NCBI RefSeq assembly: GCF_963921235.1
Contig: NC_086097.1
Span: 144,090,001 to 144,154,000, forward strand
From: Mobula hypostoma
Taxonomy: Eukaryota
Direction: 5' to 3'
DNA: 64,000 bases
In this document: positions 52,801 through 64,000 of the stretch, piece after piece
Layout of the letters: each line of letters begins with the position of its first letter
Position numbering within the stretch: position 1 is the first letter of the stretch
Notes under the pieces: generated by a model
What the model was told of the DNA's origin: nothing
Database searches by the model: none
Seen by the model: only the letters and a program-made list of their open reading frames with translations
Position numbers and translations under genes: made by a program

Positions 52801-53421
52801 GGAATGGAAGTTAATTATATCATCAAAGTCATTCTCTTTGAAGATAGAAAAAAATGATTATTTTAATTTTGAGTAATCTTTTAAAAAACCCATTATGAAT
52901 TATTAGCACTGTATTTTCCCCTAATAGAATCAAACCAAAACGTTTCTTTCTTAATAATGAAACCTATCCTTCATTTTCTGGGAAACGTGTTGCTTGACAA
53001 GCAATGGCTGACGTAATCTTGGAGTGTATGCATTTCCAGTCACTGAATCTGTAATTTTCTTGCAGATAATTAAGAATCCCTGTGGACAGCACTGATCTCA
53101 CAGAGCGAGGCCAGGTATGTTCAAACTAATTCATATCTCATGTTGATGCATGCTAAACTGAAAGTCAGTGAAAGAAATTGGATGTTACAATGTCAACATA
53201 GATATTGATTCTCAAAGGAGCAAAGAAACATAGAAAGCTCTTAGACCCTGTTCCACCATTCAATATGGTCATGGCTAATCATCTATCGTAACACCATATT
53301 CTTGTTCTCTCCCAATACTCCTTAAGTCTTTCACCTCTAAGAACTTATTTATCTCCTTAAATCTATTTAGCTGTTGGCCTCCACTATTCTCATATAGCAA
53401 AGTCCATAGGTTTGTTATTTA

Positions 53422-53488
53422 CAGTATTGTGCAAAAGTCTAAGGCACCCTAGTTGTATATGAGTGCCTAAGGCTTTTGCACAGCACTG
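53422..53488. mobile_element. 67-bp Tc1-type MITE
   Basis: 26-bp imperfect TIRs, TA on both sides; same TIR family as 37405-37820. Confidence 0.85.
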
Positions 53489-53589
53489 TAGTTGAGGTAA
53501 ATCCAAAGCTACAGTAGTGAAGGCATTCACCAAGTACAAAGATTAACCCTTTACAATACATTCCATCACTCAACTATTACAACCTCATT

Positions 53590-54200
53590 ACATCTAGCCC
53601 ACAGGCTTTAATACAAACCCTGTGGATGCCCGACCATATTACAAGCAAATCCCAAAGCTACTAAGCATAAAAGCAAAATGGCTATAGTAACACTCCAGTG
53701 CGCTATGGTAGCCTATCAGCCTCCTAGCGCTGCACAGGACCACCAACTCCCTCCTGGGGTATAATAGTTATGGAGCTGATCTCCTACCTTACATATCCTA
53801 TCGATCAGCCATTGGATATGGCCAGCCAAATCTATTATATTTTCTGACTCATTTAACACTTCTGATCTACTGTGACACGAGGCACCTCTTTCCTTTTCCA
53901 GGATGTAAAGCAATGCCATTCTATTCTGTAGGGTCACTGGCCTCCAGGTTATTATCTCAGCTGAAAGCCGTATCACCACCTGCTTCGCTTGCTAAAAGCC
54001 AGTGCAGTCTCATTGGCTAATGCCTCCATGGCTGAATCCATCAGCATAAGCTCCCTTGATAACCGGGCAGTACAACGTGGGGGTAAAGCTATCATCCAGA
54101 ACCAATCAGCCCTTTTAGTTAATTGTTGGGTGTTCAGACACACCGCTTTCTGTTCTCCTGAATGTGCCATGCACTCATTGCCTATTGCCAGTCCTGGTTG
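53590..54200 (-). pseudogene. Retroviral env TM subunit remnant
   Basis: TKR cleavage-like site, fusion peptide ADWFWMIALP, heptad, ISD LQNRMALLYIL, hydrophobic anchor IAILLLCLVALGF. Confidence 0.8.
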
Positions 54201-54299
54201 TTTGTTGTATCCATACCATCCCTGACTCCAACTCCAATTCCACCTCCTCTATTTTTGTGAAGTCATTCACTGCAAAATGTCAGGACATCGGGGATCCTC

Positions 54300-55100
54300 T
54301 CCGACTGGCTGGTCTGGAGTACAACTTGTTCACTGCCTATTGTAGGACTCCCCACTACCGCTGCAGGATGCATGTAGCTGTTAACAATTTAACCTGCTGT
54401 TTCAGCAGCTCGTTCATCCACCTGATCAGTCCTGCAGCTTGCAGACAATAGAGAATGTGAAATGCCCACAGTCCCCTGGATTCTGCGGCCTATTCTTGAA
54501 CTTTGGTTCCCGCAAATTATGCAACATTGTCTGATTGTATTTCCTGGGGGAGTTCCATACATGGAGGATAAACATTGCAGATCATTAATTGTATGTATCT
54601 GATCAGCACAGTTGCAGTGCACTGTCAGTAGTAACCTAGAGTAGGTATCAACCATAGTCAACACATTTCACTTCTTACTAGGCATATGCAAAGGCCCAAT
54701 GTAGTCCACTTGCCAAATCTGGCCTGTCCCCCTCAACATTTCTGATTTGTCCCAAGGGGGCCTTGGCTTCACCTGCTGGCATGTTGGATAACTTGCTGCC
54801 ACTGTTTTGGCTTCATCATATCTCATCAGCACCAACCCTCGGGTCTCTGTTCATTTCCTTAATCCTTTCATCCCTAAATTCCTACTCTTCTGATGTGCCC
54901 ACAAGGTGAAACAACCTTAATCTTCTTCCACTGCCGTCTTTTTGGCTGTCATTATCTGAACAGCTCTATCAACAGAGGCATTGTATGCCACCTCCTCTGT
55001 CACAGGAGAAGTGTGAGCATCTACATGGTAGACAGTGATCTGCCGCAGCTGGCCGTTGTCCCAGATGTTTTCTCAATAGGACTGCCCCCAAAGAGAGATT
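54300..55100 (-). pseudogene. Retroviral RNase H C-terminus and integrase remnant
   Basis: VYHVDAH, LWAHQKS, WQVDYIGPL, VDTYS, IQSDN, QAAGLI..MNELLKQQ. Confidence 0.85.
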
Positions 55101-55109
55101 AGTCAGACC

Positions 55110-55720
55110 ACATCTCTGTGGATGTAATAACCCTAGTTGGTCGCGCTTTCAGTGGGGGGCATAGAGGGGAGGGCAACTTCCCACCCTCTCCTCTCGATCC
55201 TCATCATCAAACCAAATATCTCCATCCCAGATATCTGGGACATCGCCCCGTAAAATTAGAGCCCGGACTTTCACCAGGTCCAGTTGCCAATTAGCCCTTT
55301 GGGTTGCCTTCTGTTGCCGGACCTTAGCCTTGAAGCAGGCAGAAGCAATACTCTTTTCCTCTATCTCCTGCACCCAGGTTTATGCCAACTGGACACCCTC
55401 CTGCATGGTAGTGCAGTGCTGATTCAATGCCTCCACTTCATGTTTAAGATTCCTTATTTAATTCTCTTTCCAAGAGATTTTCTCATGTTGTTGTTTGATG
55501 ATGGCCACCAGCAGCCAGAAAGCCTCTCTCTGGCTCCCGCTCTTGTACTGCAACCCTAACACCTTTAGTATGGACATGAGATAGTCTCCCTTCTTTACCC
55601 CTTGGGATTCAGCTTGTCCATCCAATCCACTGGTGTACAATGGTCCTCTGGCAACTTGGCTAGATTGCCGAGCCCCGCAGAGTTATTGGTCCACTCTAAT
55701 ATTTGGTATTCTTTGCGCAG
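55110..55720 (-). pseudogene. ERV-L/Fv1-type gag N-terminal remnant
   Basis: AFWLLVAII, KVRALI..PDIWDGDIW, LKARP. Confidence 0.75.
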
Positions 55721-56669
55721 GAGGTCTCCCTTCTTACCCTTACTCTGAAACATTTTTGCTTTCTACCATACCCTCCAGATCCTTTGCTGACAATGCCAAA
55801 ATGTTGCATTATACCAAAAGGTTCACAGATCATCTTGATAAGGCTGAAAGACACAAACTCCAATGATCTATATAGAACTACAAAACTTCATTTATTAAGA
55901 CAAAATAGCAAAGCATTTATACACTTATCTATGTGTGCTTGAGCCCCTTTCATTTCAGCATACCTCCCACTTGATCCGTGTTCCCATTTGTGACCAGCTC
56001 ATCTGTGAGGCTTCAAAGACCACTTTGTAATGTATGGATCTATTTCTTTTAGAGCAATGACCCCCCCCCACCCCCCCTTGGAGCACTACATATTGACCTG
56101 TTGTCTGTGCATACACTGTTACCTATGCATGGACATTGTTCTCTCTCCCTCTCTCTCTTTCGTTGCAATGTGAATACATCAGTTAAAGCCATCTCCCATA
56201 TGCGTGCTTTTATTTAATTGATATGTAGTTGTGCACAGACACAACAATCCTCAAGCCTCCAGCTGCTATACTTTTGCCCCATTCCACTGATAAAAAATGC
56301 TGCTAGAAGTGGACCAATATATTAGCACCAGTTCAAACCTCAGAACTGGAACTAATCATCACTTGTCACCCACACTTCACAACCTCACACCTGTGTTCAC
56401 CTGACTTTCATGTATACCCAGTGCACTGCCCTCTCACAGTTGTACTCTATCCCCATGGTTGACATATTGTATTCCCACGGTTGTAATCAAAGCTCTGCAG
56501 GTAGTTCATGTAAGTCCATGGCTACAGTGGTGAAGACATTGAACAAGCACAAAGATCTATGTCCCATTGTATCGTAAGCCATATACAGTACTGTAGGATT
56601 TAGAAGCTGGAATTTAAATTTAAATTTAAATCCTGCATGGAATTTAGCAAGGCCTTTTACAAGGTCCAG

Positions 56670-58010
56670 CATTATAGGCTGGTCTCAAAGATTAGAACAC
56701 ACAGGATCCAGGGTGAACTAGTGAACTGCACACAAAACTCTGCTTTGGTAGCAGGAGTCTGAGGGTGATAGTGGAGGGATATTTTTCTGATTGGAGGCCT
56801 TTTAACCACTGATGTGCTGCAGGGATCAGTGCTGGGTCTGCTGCTGTTTGTCATATATATCAATGATTTGGATAAGAACAGAGGTGGCATGTTTAGTAAG
56901 TTTGTAGCTCTTATCAAAATTGATGGCATAGCAGATAATGAAGATGGTTGCCTAAGGTTACAACAGGATCTAAAGCAGCAGTAAAAATGGTAAGTGAATA
57001 GCAGATGGAATTTAACTCAAGCAAATATGGAGCGACGTATTTTGGAAAATTAAACCACAACAGGACATATCAGTGAATGTCAGAGCACTGGGGAATGCAG
57101 AGGAATAAAGATACCTTGGGGTACACATACATACAGTAGTTCTCTGAAAATGGCAGCAAAGTTAAACAGGGTGATGGGGAAGGCGTAGGCATGCTGGCCT
57201 TCATTAGCCAAGGCACTGAGTACTGGAGTTGGGATGTCATGTTGCAGTTGTTGCAGTTAGAATTTTGCATGGAGAACTGGCATATGGTGTTTAGTCTAGA
57301 CTGGTGTGCAGTGTTGCACTTAGGGAGGTCATATGCAAGAGGAAAGTATACAGTCAATGGTCAAACCGTCAGGAGCATTAATGTACAGAAAGATCTGAGG
57401 CTACAAGTCTATATTTCTCTGAAAGTGGCAATGCAAATAGGTAGTGTGGTAAGCTTGCCTTCATTGGTCAGGCAATGAGTTCAAAGTTTGGCATGCCGTA
57501 TTGCTGCTGTATAGAACTTCTTTAGGCCACATTTGGAGTTCTGTGTGCAGTTCTGGTTGCCACACTAGAGGAAGGATATGGAGGTTTTGGAGAGGGTGCA
57601 GAAGAGATTTTCAGGATGTTGTCTGGAGTTGTAAGGAGTGGTTGGTCGGATTTGGAGTGTTTTCTCTGAACTACTGGAGGCTGAGAGGCAAACTGATATA
57701 AGTATCTAACATTATGAGAAATAGATAGTCAATACGAGATGGCCTAGGCTTAAGGTGAGAGGACGAAAGTTTAAAGGAGCATGTGGGGCACGTATTTTGA
57801 CAAGAGAGTGATAGGTGCCTGGAATATGCTGCTAGGGGAGGTGGTAGATTCGTATATGATAGCAATGTTTAAACGGCACTTCGAAAGATACATGAACAGG
57901 CAGGGAATAGAAGGGTATTGATTGCGTCTAGGAAGTTTGTGAATAGCTTCATTTGACATCACGTTTGGCACTGATACGGTGGGATGAATGTCCTATTCTT
58001 GTTCTCTATG
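56670..58010 (+). mobile_element. Decayed CR1 RT and 3' fragments (at least two pieces)
   Basis: QGSVLGLLLFVIYINDLD, CVQFWLPH and related motifs. Confidence 0.7.
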
Positions 58011-59079
58011 GTCCCCTTAATCAAGGACAGCAGTGATAAACCTGGGCAGTGAATCTAATATCAACTGTAGGGAAGTTATTAGAAATAATTTAAACATACC
58101 GTAGGCAAATTGGAAGGGAGAAGCAACTTTGAATCAAATCACTATCTTTGAGGTTGCTTTAGTTTTCCCTCAGGTTATGTTGGAAACTTATTGACAGATA
58201 ATAGCTTCATAGTATTGTATTACAGAATTCATGGAGTGTTTGCAGGTGAATGAGATGAATCTTGGTTATCTTTTTACAACACTTTGTAAAATCAGAACTC
58301 TTCATTCCCAGTATGTGAAACATGCCTGCATTGATAGTGGCTTGGAGCCAACATAAATACTGACTTAGCCCTTAGCTCTGGAAACAAAGCTTCAGGTATT
58401 GTGCTTTGAAGGGTTTATCTATGTTTCAGACCAGGTAAGCCAGACACTGTTTTCATTGGGTAGCAGAGATGAAGAAAGTGGGCATCCAATTGTTATGGAG
58501 AGTAGATATCCACTGCATAACAGCGGAGACAAAGTTCTATGTTAATATGAGTCCTCAGAAGAGAAAGACCATGTTCCATCCCAGAGAAATGAAGAAATTA
58601 GTTTAGAAAGGTTAGCAGAGAATATCAAGTAATGGTTCAAAATTGAAAGGGGCATGTTTTGCAATACTGTTATTGCTAAAGGAAGGGTAGATTAATGGAG
58701 ATAAGGGGTTTCATTATATTGAAATCTTAGGAAAGACCATGTGATCTTTCACAGCACAAACCATTTAAAAGGTTGTGCTTTTAATTTGCCCAACATGCAG
58801 CAGTTCAAATAGAATAACCGGGTTACCATTTGTACAAAAAACGTGCCACACCTAGCTGGCACATTGACAATATAAACAAAGGAAGCATCCATGGAAAAGT
58901 GCAATAATTTACTGCCAAGGTAAATAGATCAGAAAATCAGGAAAGGTGTCTGTTGCATACAGAATTTCAGATATAGGACAAGAGATGTATAAAGTTTATC
59001 TTACTTTATTAATTAGCACAGAACAGGCCCTACCAGCCCAGTGAGCCGCACTTCCCAGCAATCCACCTATTTAATAGGT

Positions 59080-61813
59080 GGGTTAGAGATACCGAGGAGC
59101 AGATTGGGAAACAGATTTTGGAAAGGTGCAAAAATAACAGGGTTGTTATCATGGGTGACTTTAACTTCCCTAATATTGATTGACACTGGATTAGTTCCAA
59201 TGGACGGATTCCTGTCACAGTATGTTGACAAGCTGACTAGGGGGAATGCCATACTAGATTTACTATTAGGTAACAAACCGGGTCAGGTCACAGATCTCTC
59301 AGTGGGTGAGCATCTGGGGGACAGTGACCACCGCCCCCTGGCCTTTAGCATTATCATGGAAAAGGATAGAATCAGAGAGGACAGGAAAATTTTTAATTGG
59401 GGAAGGGCAAATTCTGATGCTATAAGGCTAGAACTTGCAGGTGTGAACTGGGATGATGTTTTTGCAGGGAAATGTACTATGGACATGTGGTCGATGTTTA
59501 GTCATAGTCATAGTCATACTTTATTGATCCCGGGGGAAATTGGTTTTCATTACAGTTGCACCATAAATAATAAATAGTAATAGAACCATAAATAGTTAAA
59601 TAGTAATATGTAAATTATGCCAGTAAATTATGAAATAAGTCCAGGACCAGCGTATCGGCTCAGGGTGTCTGACCCTCCAAGGGAGGAGTTGTAAAGCTTG
59701 ATGGCCACAGGCAGGAATGACTTCCTATGACGCAACTGTAACCGGCTGCATGCACGGCCGGTGCATGCGCACAAAATGAATGGGATCTCTTGCAGGATGT
59801 TAGGGATAAATTTGTCCCAGTGAGGAAGATGAAAAATGGTAGGGTGAAGGAACCATGGGTGACAAGTGAGGTGGAAAATCTAGTCAGGTGGAAGAATGCA
59901 GTATATATGAGGTTTAGGAAGCAAGGATCAGATGGGTCTATTGAGGAATATAGGGTAGCAAGAAAGGAGCTTAAGAAGGGGCTGAGGAGAGCAAGAAGGG
60001 GGCATGAGAAGGCCTTGGCAAGTAGGGTAAAAGAAAGCCCCAAGGCATTCTTCAATTATGTGAAGAACAAAAGGATGACAGGAGTGAAGGTAGGACTGAT
60101 TAGAGATAAAGGTGGGAAGATGTGCCTGGAGGCTGTGGAAGTGAACGAGGTCCTCAATGAATGCTTCTCTTCGCTATTCACCAATGAGAGGGAATTTGAT
60201 GATGGTGAGGACAATATGAGCATGTTGATATTAAGGGAGAGGAGGTGTTGGAGTTGTTAAAATACATTGGGACGGATAAGTCCCCAGGGCCTGATGGAAT
60301 ATTCCCCAGGCTGCTCTACAAGGCTAGGGAAGAGATTGCTGAGCCTCTGGCTAAGATCTTTATGTCCTCTTTGTCCACAGGAATGGTACCGGAGGATTGG
60401 AGAGAGGTGAATGTTGTCCCCTTGTTCAAAACAGGTAGTGGGGATAGTCTGGATAATTTTAGACCAGTGAGCCTTACGTCTGTGGTGGGAAAGCTGTTGG
60501 AAAAGATTCTTATAGATAGGATCTATGGGCATTTAGAGAATCACGGTCTGATCAGGGACAGTCAGCATGGCTTTGTGAAGGCCAGATCGTGTCTAACAAG
60601 CCTAATAGATGTCTTTGAGGAGGTGACTAGGCATATTGATGAGGGTAGTGCAGTGGATGTGATCTACGTGGATTTTAGTAAGACATTTGACAAGATTCCA
60701 CACAGGAGGCTTATTCAGAAAGTCAGAAGGCATGGGATCCAGGGAAATTTGACGAGGTGGATTCAGAATTGGCTTGCCTGCTGAAAACAAAGGGTCGTGA
60801 TGGAGGGAGTACATTTGGATTGGAGGGTTGTGATTAGTGGTGTCCCACAAGGATCGGTTCTGGGACCTCTACTTTTCGTGATTTTCATTAACGACCTGGA
60901 TGTGGGGCTAGAAGGGTGGGTTGGCAAGTTTGCAGACAACACAAAGGTTGGTGGTGTTGTGGATAGTGTAGAGAATTGTCGAAGATTGCAGAGAGACATT
61001 GATAGGATGCAGAAGGGGGCTGAGAAGTGGCAGATGGAATTCAACCCAGAGAAGTGTGAGCTGGTACACTTTGGAAAGTCAAACTCCAAGGCAGAGTACA
61101 AAGTAAATGGCAGGATACTTGGTAGTGTGGAGGAACAGAGGGATCTGGGGGTACATGTCCACAGATCCCTGAAAGTTGCCTCACAGGTAGATAGGGTAGT
61201 TAAGAAAGCTTATGGTGTGTTAGCTTTCATAAGTCGAGGGATAGAGTTTAAGAGTCGCGAGGTAATGATGCAGTTCTATAAAACTCTGGTTAGGCCACAC
61301 TTGGAGTACTGTGTCCAGTTCTGGTCGCCTCACTATAGGAAGGATGTGGAAGCATTGGATAGGGTTCAGAGGAGATTTACCAGGATGCTTCCTGGTTTAG
61401 AGAGTATGGATTATGATCAGAGATTAAGGGGGTTAGGGCTTTACTCTTTGGAGAGAAAGAGGATGAGAGGAGACATGATAGAGGTGTACAAGATAATAAG
61501 AGGAATAGATAGAGTGGACAGCCAGCGCCTCTTTCCCAGGACACCGCTGCTCAATACAAGAGGACATGGCTTTAAGGTAAGGGGTGGGAAGTTAAGGGGG
61601 ATATTAGAGGAAGGTTTTTTACTCAGAGAATGGTTGGTGCGTGGAATGCACTGCCTGAGTCAGTGGTGGAGGCAGATACACTAGTGAAATTTAAGAGACT
61701 ACTGGACAGGTATATGGAGGAATTTAAGGTGGGGGTTATATGGGAGGTAGGGTTTAAGGGTCGGCACAACATTGTGGGTCGAAGGGCCTGTACTGTGCAG
61801 TACTGTTCTATGT
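59080..61813 (+). mobile_element. 5'-truncated CR1 (same subfamily as 23760-29640)
   Basis: GDFNFP, SDH, PQGSVLGP, FADN ORF fragments; near-identical peptides to the minus copy; ttctatgtt tail. Confidence 0.9.
59500..59780 (-). mobile_element. Rex1 3' end inserted in CR1
   Basis: (gactat)n tail, GGSDTLS end; CR1 resumes at gggatctcttgcagg. Confidence 0.8.
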
Positions 61814-61879
61814 TATACCTGGCCATGACGTAGCCAGTCCATATACTCTCCACCACACATCTATAGAGGTTTGTCGAGG

Positions 61880-64000
61880 GTCCCACGGGGTGAAGTGACT
61901 GACAATATTTAAAACAAGTATATTTACAGGTCAAGTCTATCAGGCGGTCGACTCCGTCGCTGTGATCTACGTAGCACCGGTGGTAATTGCACCGGCGATG
62001 GTGGTTGTGCTGGCTCCGGCCTGACTTGAGGTGCCAGCGCGTTAGGCGTCAGTAGTCCCTCGTGCGTGTGCGTCGCGCCTGGTATGGGAGTGTCATGTGG
62101 TGTCTGTGTAGGGCTTGAAGTGAGCGGTGTCTCATGGGTATATATATCGGTGGATACAGGGTTAATAGTCACCAAGGAGTGTTCAGAGTAGGGGCCCGGT
62201 GCTCCTGCAGGTGCCAGGTCGCGGATGGAGACCGTGTTCTCCCGTCCATCAGGTAAAACCACATAGGCATACTGGGGGTTCGCATGAAGTAAGTGAACCC
62301 TCTCGACCATCGGGGAGTATTTATTGCTCCTCGCATGTTTCCGGAGCAGCACTGGCCCCGGGGACGTCAGCCAAGTTGGTAGGGAGGTCCCAGGGGTCGA
62401 CTTTCTGGGAAAAGAAAAGAGTTGCTCATGAGGGGTGGCATTGGTGGACGTGCGTAACAGGGAGCAGATGGAGTGGACGCCTTGGGAAGGACCTCCTGCC
62501 AGCGGGAGACCGGCAGTCCCTTTGACCTGAGGGCTAAGAGTGTGGCCTTCCACACTGTGGCATTCTCCTTCTCCACCTGTCCATTTCCCCGGGGGATTAT
62601 AGCTCGTGGTCCTACTAGCTGCAATACCCCTAGCCAGCAGGTATTGGCACAGCTCGTCACTCATAAACGAGGATCCTGTATCACTGTGTATATAGCATGG
62701 GTATCCGAACAGAGTGAAGAGCTTGTGCAGGGCTTTTATAACTGACGTGGTAGTTGTATCGGGGCAGGGGATGGCGAAGGGGAACCGCGAGTACTTGTCG
62801 ATAACGTTAAGAAAGTACACATTGCAGTCGGTGGAGGGAAGGGGGCCCTTAAAGTCAACGCTCAGTCGCTCAAAGCGACGGGTGGCCTTGATTAGTTGTG
62901 CCTCTTCGGGTCGGTAGAAGTGCGGTTTGCACTCTGCGCAGACTTGGCAGTCCCTGGTCATTGTCCTGATCTCCTCAAGGAAGTAAGGCAGGTTCCGGGC
63001 TTTCACGAAGAGGAAAAGCCGGGTGACCCCCGGGTGGCAAAGATCTACATGTAGGGAAGTATAGCTGGTCGATCTGCGCGCTGGCGCACATTCCCCGGGA
63101 TAGGGCATCGGAGGGCTCGTTGAGCTTCCCAGGCCTGTACATGATGTCATAGTTGTAGGTGGAGAGTTCGATTCTCCACCTCAGAATTTTATCATTTTTG
63201 ATTTTGCCCCGCTGTTAGTTACTAAACATGAATGCGACTGAGCGCTGGTCAGTCAGCAGGGTGAACTTTTTGCCAGGGAGATTGTGCCTCCAGTGCCTAA
63301 TAGCTTCCACTATGGCCTGGGCCTCTTTCTCCACCGTGGAGTGCCGAATTTCAGGGTCTTGAAGGGTACGGGAGAAGAACGCCACCGGTCTTCCCGCCTG
63401 GTTGAGGGTAGCAGCCAGCGCGAAGTCGGAGGCGTCACTTTCTACTTGGAAAGGAATGGCCTTGTCCACCGCATGCATTGCTGCTTTGGCAATGTCCCCT
63501 TTAATGCAGCTGAAGGCCACGCGGGCCTCAGCTGAGAGGGGAAATGTGGTGGACTTGACCGGGGGGCAGGCCTTGTCTGTGTAGTTAGAGACCCATTGGG
63601 CGTGATATGAAAAGAAGCCCAGGCACCTTTTGAGGGCTCTGAGGGTGTTGGGAAGAGGGAGTTCCAACAGGGGGTCGAGGTCAGGGCCAATGACTCCGTT
63701 CTCCACGACACACCCAAGGATAGCAAGTAGGGTGGTTCCAAACACACACTTGTCCTTGTTATAGGTGAGATTGAAAGCTTTGGCCGCTTGGAAAAAATTT
63801 TTGGAGGTTGTTGTTGTGATCCTGCCGGTCGTGACCGCAGATGGTGATGTTATCCAGATATGGGAACGTGGCCTTCAGTTGGCACTGGTCCACCATCTGG
63901 TCCATTTCCCTCTCGAAGACAGATACACCATTCGTGATACTGAAGGGGATGCACAGGAATTGATAAAGCCTGCCGTCCGCCTCGAAGGCGGTGTAAGGGC
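61880..64000 (-). mobile_element. Gypsy-type pol (RT, RNase H, integrase), frameshifted; runs off the window; no 3' LTR seen
   Basis: YLDN RT; VESDASDFALAATL RNase H; LSVDFKGPLP, IHSD and GNGQVE integrase motifs. Confidence 0.88.

Larger units (their letters stand above)
53490..56020 (-). mobile_element. Internally deleted class III (ERV-L/ERV-S-like) endogenous retrovirus with env remnant
   Basis: 5' LTR R/U5 from 55802 with tataaa, aataaa and CA end; PBS 55779-55798; gag, RNase H, IN and env TM remnants; PPT gagtgatggaa then TG at 53560. Confidence 0.85.

Noticed and set aside
56027..56246. Treating this as the U3 of the ERV 5' LTR
   Set aside because: It does not match the 3' LTR start at 53560 and looks like a different LTR-like piece in the opposite orientation; no TSD found.

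Overview
Eukaryotic, repeat-dense vertebrate DNA. The mix of CR1, Rex1/Babar, V-SINE, Penelope-derived repeats and Gypsy elements suggests a cartilaginous fish such as a ray (inference). I found no intact host gene; nearly every long ORF is transposon-derived and several elements are nested. Contents: two nested hAT transposons, the inner one with a spliceosomal intron; two decayed Gypsy copies of one family; a Gmr1-like LTR element with ~98% identical LTRs; solo LTRs; a near full-length CR1; an ORF1-only Nimb-like LINE; Tc1 and Tigger relics; and a Gypsy pol at the right edge. Highlights: (1) an intronless RBM25 RRM fragment sits inside a Gypsy element, between its protease region and 3' LTR, and was later split by a second LTR element; (2) an internally deleted class III (ERV-L/ERV-S-like) endogenous retrovirus keeps an env TM remnant and a tRNA-Ser-like PBS; (3) a TSD-bounded Nimb derivative carries coiled-coil-like sequence in place of ORF2; (4) a minimal hammerhead ribozyme lies in a Penelope-derived repeat. 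All family calls come from motif recognition by eye, not database searches.
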